A DNA stretch of 32,122 nucleotides from Guillardia theta CCMP2712 (taxonomy: Eukaryota > Protista > Cryptophyta). The position numbers were made by a program, and so were the translations under genes. The notes under the pieces are model-generated. The model had not been told where the DNA came from. It saw only the letters and a program-made list of their open reading frames with translations, and did no database searches. Positions 1-10,072 of the stretch are shown piece by piece (positions within the stretch are counted from its first letter, which is position 1; the number at the start of each line of letters is the position of its first letter). The stretch covers positions 124,631-156,752 of the forward strand of contig NW_005434531.1 in NCBI RefSeq assembly GCF_000315625.1, in the 5' to 3' direction.

Positions 1-28
1 GTTCCCCTCCTGACGTTCGTGACCCCAG

Positions 29-742
29 GTGGCTGCGACCGACCTGCTCGTTCCAGGCATCGGGGAGTTGGTAGGAGGAAGTCAGCGAGAGGAGCGACTG
101 GATGTTCTCGTCGACAAGCTGAAGGAGTTCGGGCTGTCCCCAGAGGTTGCTCCTCCTTCCTCAATTGCCCCTGCCTCCCCTTCTCCTTGTCCTTCTCCTC
201 CTCTCAAATACGCCTGCTGCTGCTGCTGCTGCTGCTGTCCTCCTTCTCCTGCTGCTGCTGCTGCTGCTGCTCCTCCTCCTCCTCCTCCTCCTCCTCCCGC
301 TCCTGCTCCTGCTTCTCCTCCTCCTCCCGCTCCTGCTCCTGCTTCTGCTCCCGCTCCCGCTGCTGCTGCTGCTCCCGCTCCTTGGTACATTGCTCGGCCC
401 TCTCTTCCTCTCTCCACCTGCTCCTCAGGATCAGCTGCTCCGCATCTCTTACAGCTTCTGTAGGACTATTGGTGGTATCTCGACCTGAGGAGATATGGAA
501 GCACTCCCCATGCCGGGTAAGAACTCTTCCTCCGTCCTCCTCCATCCTCCTCCTCCTCCTCCTCCTCCTGTCCCTCCTCCTCCTTCGTCCTCCTCCTCCA
601 TCAACCATGCTTTTTCCTTCCTCTCACGGTCTTGCTCAGCTACGGTCTTGGCTTCGAGCGCCTCGTCTGCTACGTGACTGCTACTGAGAACATCCGAGAC
701 GCTATCGCGTATCCTCGTTATCCCGGCAATGCTGAGTTCTAG
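29..742 (+). CDS. asnS: Asparaginyl-tRNA synthetase, bacterial/organellar type, 3' partial (exons 29-145, 464-516, 640-742)
   Basis: Splicing at GT-AG sites gives [27 protein letters not shown]...GLSPE|[18 protein letters not shown]|[33 protein letters not shown]. This is the class II aaRS motif 3 region typical of AsnRS. The gene begins upstream of the window. Confidence 0.95.
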
Positions 743-1139
743 AGAGAGTGGGGAGAGGGGAGGATAAAAACTCAACAAAGAACTCTGTTCTATCCCCGTC
801 ACAACATGGCGGAGGCGGCCTCCTCCTCCTGAGGAGGAGGAGGGGGAGGGGGAGGAGGAGGGAGAGGAGGAGGGACAGGTGTGAAAATCTGTACGAGTAG
901 TTGACGTAGTGGGAGGGGAGGGGAGGGGAGGGGAGGCAGGATTTGGTAGAAACAGGATTCACTGATAACATGTTACAAGTTGGAATCAACAGGATGCAAA
1001 AAACTAAAAACCACGGTGGGTACTTAAAAAGAAAAGGAAAATTGAAAAAAAAGGTGAAGAGAGGGAGGGAACAGCGTCAGCGATGAGAATCACTACAAGA
1101 AATGGTGACCATATGCACTCCAAGACCAAGTGCGAAGCT

Positions 1140-1220
1140 GTCATAGCGTTCGATGATTGTTTGCACGTCATAGCGTTCGATGATTGTTTGCACGTCATAG
1201 CGTTAGATGATTGTTTGCAC
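1140..1220. repeat. 3 x 27-bp tandem repeat overlapping the stop codon of the 1203-2906 gene
   Basis: GTCATAGCGTTCGATGATTGTTTGCAC at 1140-1166 and 1167-1193; the third copy at 1194-1220 has one substitution that creates the minus-strand TAA. Confidence 0.95.
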
Positions 1221-2906
1221 GGTGAACTTCCACGCGCCAGTCAGACCAGGAGAAGGGAAGTGATCGGAAGGAGCAGGGAGAGTTCGAACTTCTTTCAGCC
1301 AGCAAGTCTTCTTCTCATGAGTGAAGGCGGAGCAGGACGGGGTCGAATCGCACCTTGCGCAGCACGCCTCCGGCGTCTCTGCTGGAGCTTGAGCTTGGTC
1401 CATGATGAGAATGTCTCCCACTCCCTTGAACATCTCAACGTTGGTCTTGAACGTGTAAGCGGAGCAGTCGCCTGTCCCCTTCCTTGTCTGATGGATGTCG
1501 AAGGTGACGAATTGCCTGAAGAACTTTCTCATGACAAAGACGTCCCTGTCGTACTGGTGCACTATGACAGCCCTCTCGTTCCTTGAGTTGATGACCACGT
1601 CGTTGTTGAAGCTCATCCCAACCTTGCTCTGCAGGTGAGCTACGGGACCGTTGTACTGATCCAAGACGTGCAGCCCTGGCAGCGAGCCCTGGTGGACTAG
1701 AACATTGTGTATCCCCTGGTCCACCCCGTTGCGCTCGCAAGCTGCGAAGTTGGGCCCGTTGATCTCCTTGGCCATGGCGTCGAGGTACGACTGCACGTGC
1801 ATGGTCGTGCCGAGGCTGATCCCTGAGCAGATGATCTCCTTGGACGCTAGCTCGTCCACCTTTCCTTGCCCGAAGCAGCTCCGGATCCACCCGGTGTTCC
1901 AGTCATCTCCCATGATGTTGACAGACTCACTGAAGGTCCACAGCCCTGCCTCGCTCACGATGCTGAACGGGTCGGACTGGAACCCGGTATCCCTCACGTC
2001 CGCGAGCAGCACCTTGTTGAAGTTGTGCCCTACCCGCTTCAGAAAGCTCTGCATTAATACCCACCGGGTGGTGGAGGGATGGTACTTTCCTAGAGTCGCA
2101 GGGTCCAGGCTCACTCGGTTGACAGGGAGGACAGTGACATTGCGCTCCTGGAACTTGGATTGGAGGCGGGGGCTGACCACGTCCATGAACAGGATGATGG
2201 CGCAGTCGGAGAACTGCCGGAGGGACTCGACAAACACACAGACGTTGGCGTCGTGAATGCCGTCGGCCATGCCCAGCACCAAGTTCTTGTTCCCTGCTGG
2301 TGGCAGGAAGTCCGACCTCCCCGTGACGATCGAAGAAGCAGCTTCGCTCACGGACATTCTCGCGTCTGATCCCGCGGGTTTCTCCTTGACAAACGCTGGT
2401 GGCAGGAAGATTTCACTGGATCTGACCTGCTTCAAAGGAGGGGTGACTGCAGGGGCGGTCACCACTCCATGGCTGCCTTTTATCTCAATGAGGATCAAGT
2501 CAAGCCTGCGCTTAATCTCCTGCGTGTCCTCCTGAAACTTCATCTCCAGTGCATGGACAGTGGCCAGTCTCGTTTGCATCTGCTCCAACTTCTCCACGAA
2601 GCTCGAGATTTCCTCATATACCCCCGCAGCCTCTTCGGAGCTAGGGCCGCCTCTTCTTCGCATTGAAAGAAATTCAGCAGTCAACTTGTAAGGCACGAGC
2701 TCGTTGGTGGCTTCAAGCTTGGTTGTCTCTCGGGACCTCAGCGAAGAAGCTTGCGAAGTCTTGCCCTTGCTCCCTTGGTTGCTGATCATGACCATGAGCA
2801 GCAGAAATGCGATGGAGATCAGGAAGAGCCAGATGAAATTGTTCCTGCAGAAAATCTGTGATGACCTCATCTGTCTCGACGCATATATGTTCTCCTTCTT
2901 CTTCAT
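1203..2906 (-). CDS. Type II membrane glycosyltransferase-like protein (GT-A, DxD-like) with C-terminal PAN/Apple domain, 567 aa, intronless CDS
   Basis: N-terminal TM (FIWLFLISIAFLLLMVMI), coiled-coil stem, motifs LLADVRDTGFQSDPF, IICSGISLG, DQGIHNVL and VHQYDR, then Apple-type CCARCDSTPSCSAFT...CWLK. Confidence 0.8.
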   Translation of the reverse strand: MKKKENIYASRQMRSSQIFCRNNFIWLFLISIAFLLLMVMISNQGSKGKTSQASSLRSRETTKLEATNELVPYKLTAEFLSMRRRGGPSSEEAAGVYEEISSFVEKLEQMQTRLATVHALEMKFQEDTQEIKRRLDLILIEIKGSHGVVTAPAVTPPLKQVRSSEIFLPPAFVKEKPAGSDARMSVSEAASSIVTGRSDFLPPAGNKNLVLGMADGIHDANVCVFVESLRQFSDCAIILFMDVVSPRLQSKFQERNVTVLPVNRVSLDPATLGKYHPSTTRWVLMQSFLKRVGHNFNKVLLADVRDTGFQSDPFSIVSEAGLWTFSESVNIMGDDWNTGWIRSCFGQGKVDELASKEIICSGISLGTTMHVQSYLDAMAKEINGPNFAACERNGVDQGIHNVLVHQGSLPGLHVLDQYNGPVAHLQSKVGMSFNNDVVINSRNERAVIVHQYDRDVFVMRKFFRQFVTFDIHQTRKGTGDCSAYTFKTNVEMFKGVGDILIMDQAQAPAETPEACCARCDSTPSCSAFTHEKKTCWLKEVRTLPAPSDHFPSPGLTGAWKFTVQTII

Positions 2907-4379
2907 TGTGATCCTACCGCGTGACCGTAAGGAGAGTACGGACTTGCCACAGACCTTTCGGCAAAAGCTCCTGGAGGGAGGAGAGCTATCCCGTAGTCCT
3001 GAGCAGGAGAGAGAGCGGACAAGAGAAAGAGTGTATCAGGCACAAGATACGAAGCAGAGACGCAGACACAAGGAAGAACCAGCTCTAGGTGCTCCGATCA
3101 ATCTATCAGGATTCAAGCCAAAGTGGCGATGAAGAGAGTACTGAATGTGGGCTTGATTGGGAACGAGCAGCTCCAAGGGCACGCAATCAGCGTGAAGACG
3201 GCATTTCGGAGAAGAAAGAAGAAACGAGAAAAAGAAAATATGGAAGCAGTCGCGACAAGAAGAGATCAAGGAACTAGCAAGGTGCGGATTGTGTACAGGG
3301 GGGAAGTTCCCCGATAAGTAATTGGAGGAGTGGAAGGGCCGGGCGTAAGTGAGCAACGTGGACCGGGATCGATGAGGCTGAAGATGAGAGAGATACTGTG
3401 AGTAGAAGGTGGAAGGAAGATGGAAGACGAGGGAGGAGGAGGAGGAGGAGGAGGAGGAGGAGGAGGAGGAGGGGAAGGGGAATATGAATGATAGCAGGAG
3501 CGTGTAGGGGGGAACAAGGAGGAGATCAGAAAATGGAAACTTCGTGGGGTAGGGTTCTCCAACTAGAAAGGAGGGGTGGTCATAACAAAACCAGGGAAGA
3601 GTCGATATGGAGGGGGTAGGGTAGACTCAATTTTGTCGATGGTGGGTCCATATTGAAGCGTTGTAAGTTTCGTGTTTAGCTTTTCGACTTGGGGTGGTAC
3701 AGTGGGGGAGTAGGGTTGCGGGCTATTCATAGGAGAGGGGTAATAGAATCGAGGGGTGGTACAGTAAGAAGCTTAAAACGATAGGAAGCATTGAAGGCCA
3801 TTATCTTCTATTGATTGACTTGAATAATATGTGACCTACAGTATATTCGATCAAATTTCCGGGCAGAAAGTTGTGCAAAAAATTTATGAGGGGTAGGGTA
3901 GGGTCTCGAAGGAGCTATAAGGAGGAGGGGGGGTTAAAAAAGGTAACTTCGTTCGACCCCGGAGAACCCAGGCTTACTTGGGGGTAGGGGTGGTCAGAGG
4001 AAACTTCCGAAGGGGGGTGGTTCCTCACAATGTTTTGACTCGGTGGACCCCACTGTTTCCCATTAGTTGACATCCTACTACCCCAGCCCGCTCCATCTAC
4101 CACCCCCACCCCAAGGCTACAGCTAGTTTGACTATTTTACACTACCTGATTTTTAACTTAAAACTTCGAGTAAAACCTGTAAAGCTACTACCACACTGAC
4201 TGTGAACAAAGTTTACTCAAAGTTAAGTTAAAATCAGTACCGTCGGAGGACAATCAGCAGTTTGAGTAAACATTGGCACCGTTCACGGTTATTTTCTTGA
4301 ATAATTTTTGAACTCGACTCTACTGTCATCTACGACCATAATTGTCCTAGTACTGATTGTAACTCGATTGTAACTCAAC

Positions 4380-4805
4380 TTCCGCTCGGAACTTCCGGCG
4401 AAAGGCCCACCGTACGCCGGCTGAGCGGCCGCCAAATGGCGGCGTCTGGCACGGTGGCAGTCGGATGTCACAAGTCCCGGTCCGGCGCGCCGTCCTCGGA
4501 CCCGTGACACCGGGCCTGGCCGGGAGAACGCCTTCGGATCGCCCGGCCGAGTCCCGGCGACCCGCCAAAGTGGCACGCCGCCGCCCCGCCGCCTGTTCCG
4601 CGCCGGGCCGCGCTGGCATGCCGCATGATGGCGCGAGGGGGAATTGGTCCTGCGCGCACTTAAGTGAAGACAATCATTTCAGCCGCCCCGGCCCGCCAGC
4701 CTGCCGCGCCGGGCGCGCCGGGACCGTCGGCCCGGCCCGCGGCGGGCGCCCGGCGATGGCAGCGGCCCGGTCAGAGTGTGGTCACTCGGCCCGCCCCGGA
4801 GGAAT
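4380..4805. promoter_or_regulatory. GC-rich intergenic island 1, between divergent genes
   Basis: Abrupt CpG/CCGG-rich block after an AT-rich flank, with a CGGAACTTCCG palindrome at 4387-4397 and no credible protein. Regulatory role is inferred. Confidence 0.45.
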
Positions 4806-5102
4806 CTTTAGTGAGATACAAGTTTGTGGTGGCGGAGCGCGAATGGCGGAAGTGTGAGGAAGACGATGGGAGGAGAGTGAGGAGGAGGAAGGAGAGCGAG
4901 GAGACAGACTACTGCATCACGAGAATGAAGGAGGGCGAACATGTGAGGGAGGGAAAGGAGGAGAGCTGCAAGCGGAGGATCGAAGCATCGCACCATACCC
5001 TGAGAGGGGGTCTGTGATGCTAGCGAGGACAAGGAGCAGTCAACCGGCACCATCGGATTCTTGAAGTCCTGAGACAGTGAGCTGTATAGTTGGAAGAGGA
5101 CA

Positions 5103-8100
5103 ATGAAGGCTCTGTGGGTGCCCGTCCTTTGCCTCATCCTTTCAGTACAGCCGTGCAAGGGTCGCAGTGTGAAGAGCTCCATCCCATGCTGGAGTCAGTG
5201 CTGCAGGAAGAAATTTCTGAGCATGCCTAACACCGGCATCAGCCAGAGAAACTTTCACAGGATGGAGCTGAGAGGAGGTTCGGTCAGAGAGCTGGGAGCT
5301 TTCAGCACTCAGTTGCTCGAGTCGGATCTTCAGCTCGCTGACTCTCCCAAGGACGTCATAGCGGTGCTGAAGAAGCACAAGAATGAGACTTTTGAGAGCA
5401 TCACTAACAAGTACATCTTAGAGAAGCTGTTGGCAACCTTGACAGATTTGTGGGAAGAGCAGGATGCTTGGCAATGGTTCGGGACTATCCGAAGAATACT
5501 TGCACGAGTTAGAGCGATGTGTCGTGGATGGGAGAAGCCTCAAAGTATTAGAAGAATTTTGATGAATCTATCTCATATCATGAGGATTCTTTCTGGAAAT
5601 ACGTGTTTCAAACAAGATTGCCTCGAAATTCTCCACATGCAGAATGCGATGTGTCAGAAGCTACTTGAAGACAACAGGAAATGTGATGGAGAGTGTCTGG
5701 CCGACATTGTTTCAGCGTTGGTAAGTTGAAGTTGATTGATGACGATGAATCGAATCTCCATGTGTCTCAATCATGATTTACACAGACTGACAGAACCCCA
5801 GGCTGCTACAGCTTTTGCACATTTCAACGCAACGCAGCGGGGTGTTGATGATTTCCCTGATATTCGGAGAGCCTGCAAAGCAATGCTGCAACGATTTGTT
5901 GACCTTCCGAGTGTTACAGTCACTGATGTGCGCTTAAAATGTGAGTTGTGATCGTTCTGTTTGACGGATCGTGAAGGTTTCCAAAACTATGTGGGCGTGT
6001 TCGGTTCTACAGTGTTTAGACCTGCCTGCTTCCTGCTATTTGTCTCGAAGACTTCTCAAAGATGGTTGTACATTTTGAAACCCCTCTACAGAGCTCATCT
6101 TTCTGTGCAGAATTCACAGATCTTGAGCCATCGGACATGATAGATTTGATTTGGAGCTTAACAACTCCAGTGCAACCCGACATCGGTCAAATCAACGTCA
6201 CTCAAATCAACAACGATAAATTTTGCAGAGTGGCAAATGAGACGTTTGCTGCACAGAAGCCTATATTTCTGTCATGCAATCACACTTTGAGACTCCAGAT
6301 GAAAGCTGTAAGCGCAATCCAGAATTCCACAGATGCTTTGGATATGGCCGACGTCTTTGACTTATTTCAGAGAATACCCTTGATATATTGCAATCTTCCC
6401 TTCAAGGGTCTGCTCCTAAGTTTCTATTCTTTCCAAGTTGTGACATGATAACAGATGAGAAACTGAAGAATATTTTGTGTATAGCTCTCCAGAATTTGTG
6501 CAAAACAATATTTCGATGCAAGGAGAGAACATCAAACTTTGTCACCCCGTTACGCCTGTTTTTCATGGTATCATATTCTTCAATCATCTTGAGTGCTTGC
6601 GAGAGGGTAAAAAACATGGCTAATTATTCTGAGGTTTTCAAGTGACAAATTGTAGGGATTTGAAGCAAATGATTGGCATTCAACGAATTCTCTTTTCATT
6701 TTGATGGATCTGGAGGCCTCGGATTCGATTGTGAATAGAAAACCAAATTACCTCGTGGAATACACCGCTCTGTCCTTAAACAAGGCAAGCAAAGCCTTAT
6801 TCCAGTATTTTGATCACGAAGTTGTTGAGGTGAAAATGAAGTTCGTTTTCTCAACAGGTTGTGATGATCTATTGCAGGATATCAACAATGACGATGTCAT
6901 CAAATTGGCAGCAATTCTGTTGTTTCAAGGTGAGCAGCGTCAAATGTTTCGAGGGAGGTTTCTCAAGAGTGAGCGCTAACGTGATATCCTTCGCTCCATA
7001 GAAACATCTCTGCAAGGAAAATCATTCTCGAAGATGATATTGGAGAATCTTGTTAACGATCGGGTATCAGACATTCAAATGATTCATCAAAAGCTCTGAC
7101 GAAATGACACAGAGGCTGAAAGTGATGTCCTTCTGTCAGTTAAGTCACGTCATAGAAATCATAGGTCTTTCATATCATTTCGGTGATCTTTATTCACGTT
7201 TTTCCATACTCAGGTTTGAGCCTCACATCGAACGCATTTGCAAGAAAGGTATTAGAAACCAACAATCAGTCCTGGAAGGTCATCATTGTTCAACCGCAGA
7301 TTTTGCAGTTCCAAGAGAACGATTTGTCCATCTGTCTGCATACTTTTTCCAACCTCCTACAAAACTTTTCGATCGAAGCTATTCGAGAAGGAGACAAATC
7401 AGTAATATCACGTTTTGTTCGAAACCTGGGGTGAAACGAAGTGGGGGATAATCTGTATTCATTCACGTTTCTATCAGGCTTGTCTCCGAGATTCAGTTCT
7501 TAGACCGTTGGTCAAATTGTCTCGAGTTTTGTTATCAGCTTGTCGACCTTGTGTTCTCAAAAATATTGAAATCTGTACGACTCGAACACTTGTCGATTGA
7601 TGACATTCGACATATCTCGTACGGAATTGCTAGGTGCACAGAAGTTTGGTCTAGTTTGACATCTTGGTGATCAGTGTGCTAGGTTACACAGGAACTTTCC
7701 TCATTTGTTTGATCCAGATGCATCACAAATGCAGACATTGATGGTCGAGCACATTCAGCAAATGTGCAGTGCATGTGCCGATCTTTACAAACTTGACGAC
7801 ACTTGTGACAGGCTCTGTGACTTCCAACACAAAGTGAAACAAAATTTCAAGGTGGGGTCCTTTGACCGACGTTCCATGCTTGCTGGAATATTCGTCCTGG
7901 AGGCTATGGCTGAGACAGGATGCTCAGCTCCTTTCCACTTTCTCGAGCAGGTTGCAGATTACCTTTCAGACAAGCAAACAAATGCGGTGAGATATATTTC
8001 AAGTAAGGCGCCACCCTCCCCTGAAAGTTGTTCATCACAGGATTTTCATCTCACTCCTGCGCTATCAACAAGGTGATTGACGAGTTTCAGTTTGTTTATC

Positions 8101-10056
8101 CTCAAGGTTTCAACAGTCTCCTGTGGTCTTATGCCAAGTACGACAGCGCGGACATAAGAATTCTCGGAGCTGTGTTGAATAGCTTTGAGGTTCGACCTTG
8201 CTGCCATTCTTAGACAGCAGCTCACAAATTTCTGTAGCATCCCAGCAAATTTCGGTGTCTGCGACCGAATCAAGTCTTGCAACTGATCGAGTCAATCTCC
8301 AAAATGTCGCAGTTGGTCGAGTGTTCAGATATCTCTATACACTCACGAGATCGTCAAGGTCATAGACCCATCCAAGCCTCCAAATGCCTTCGACAGCTTC
8401 TCGAGGCTAGACCACACCAACATCCTGTTGATCCAGATGCTCCGGATGATTCAGAAAATGCGATTGAATGGGCTGCAACTACTTCTTGGTCGGGTCCATT
8501 GCAAAATGTCCCAGCCGGTGAAGACGTGCAGGATATCGATTTGCAAACCGGTCCACACAGCGAGAGAAAGTCTGCATGGAAAATCATTCTTGGAGATGAT
8601 CCCACGATCATTGACAGATACCCTGCATCGAAGTCTGGAGTTGAGAATGAAGGGAGAGAGGGAGATAAGGTCTCAAGCGTCTATCACCCGTACATAAGCA
8701 ATACTTTGCTGCCCATTGAAAATGAGCATGCTCAGAATCTGAACACCGTAATATCCAATTCTCGATCTATTCATGGACATTTTCTTGGCTTGGAAGGCAT
8801 TCAAGGGCTTTTGAAGAGCCTCTCGGAGTTGACCTTCCAGCACGTCAAGCTCTCAAATCTCACTCGGTATACACTCTCTCAGGTGCGAAATTTCTTACAC
8901 TTTTAACCATCGTGACTGAATGGACTAATGTTCCAAATTGTTTTTGTTCAGGTTGTCAGAATGGCAGTTTCACATAGTGTAACTTGCTTCGAGAGTGACG
9001 AAGCTTGTAATTTCATCTTATTTCACATCATGCAGCACCGGAACAATCTAACTACTTCTGAGTGTTTGGATGTTCTGTGGTCCTTCACTTATATGAAAGC
9101 CAAATTTGGATCTTCAAGCTGGCAGGAGATGGAACTGTTTTTGTCCGCTCTCATCAATCAAGAAGGAACGAATGCCAACAGAGTGATGACGATGGGCCCC
9201 GACGATCTCATACTCTTTGCGACTTGCGGTAGTTACACCATATCGCTTCTCCCACCTGACATGAATTCGTCAGTTTCTGCTCACAGAAATAGCGATGTTG
9301 GGAACGAGGCAATGCACTGGGTCAAGCAAAGGGTGAGCCTGGAGGGTGCTTCCTTGGTTCTTACTGGCTTCAAGGTTCTCCTACCAGAATTTCTTCGCAT
9401 GCTCGACGAGGAACAAGCCATGCAGTTGATCTGGGCGATCACCTGGCATGGAAGTATGGACGACCTCGTGCACTCGAGCATTCAAGACGCCATGGCATTG
9501 CGACAGAGCTTGAGAACAGCTCGAGTCCAGGAGAATATGGTAGAACTCTTCCTTCTTTATTCACAAGAAATTTCTTGATGGGTTGGAACAGGCGACAAGA
9601 CTTCGAGAAATTCTAGAAGAAGACGACGGACTCGAATCATCACAATATCCCGCATGGTCCAACGAGACCAAAGCAATCGATCTCATTCAATCTCAGATTC
9701 TCTGGAACACTGATCACAACGAGCGACGCGAGTTCGTTCAAAATTCAGATGACAGCAAATGCATAATCTGCTCTGAGAAGTCGCCGCAAGTTCTCATACA
9801 GAAATCTTGCATACATTCTTTCGGCGACATCCCAAAGATCGACATCTTCAAGTCCGTATCTCCCGGATTGCGGACATGTCCTTTGGAGTTCTTCTCTTGT
9901 TTTGACGACAGAGTGTGCAATTGTCGGCCGCAGACATGTCGTGAGTGCATTGCCCTGTGGGTCTTGACATGTTTCAAGAAAGGAATGTTTCCGACTTGCC
10001 CGACTTGCCGGGTCAAATTCTGTCTTGCCGATGTGGTTGAATGTCGAGAAAAGTGA
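5103..10056 (+). CDS. Large multi-exon protein: signal peptide + transit-like region ending MELRGG, OPR/FAST-like helical repeats, C-terminal TMEM129-type C4C4 RING
   Basis: Exon 1 (5103-5720) starts MKALWVPVLCLILSVQPCKG. Repeat-like segments are VSKTMWACS, PSDMIDLIWSL, YPQGFNSLLWSYAKY, TSECLDVLWSF and QAMQLIWAITW. In-frame introns at about 8883-8951 and 9540-9591 join these to the last exon with CIIC...CNCRPQTCRECIALW...CPTCRVKFCLADV. Middle exon boundaries (about 6400-8270) were not all resolved. Confidence 0.72.
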
Positions 10057-10072
10057 GGCTCGAGGCTCGAGA

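Noticed and set aside
19-989. Poly-Pro/Leu/Ser/Gln/Cys ORFs in all frames
   Set aside because: Translations of CCT/CTG microsatellites inside AsnRS introns and its 3' flank.
1140-1220. 27-bp repeats as a CRISPR array
   Set aside because: Head-to-tail copies with no spacers, no cas genes, eukaryotic context.
3123-3317. MKRVLNVGLIG resembling a Rossmann/Gfo-Idh-MocA N-terminus
   Set aside because: Only 64 aa, no GxGxxG and no continuing exons. The region looks more like spliced 5' UTR of the minus-strand GT gene.
4289-5017. Arg/Pro/Ala/Gly-rich ORFs in GC islands (also 15140-15395 and 29504-30178)
   Set aside because: Expected from stop-codon scarcity at very high GC; no domains, and they overlap on both strands.
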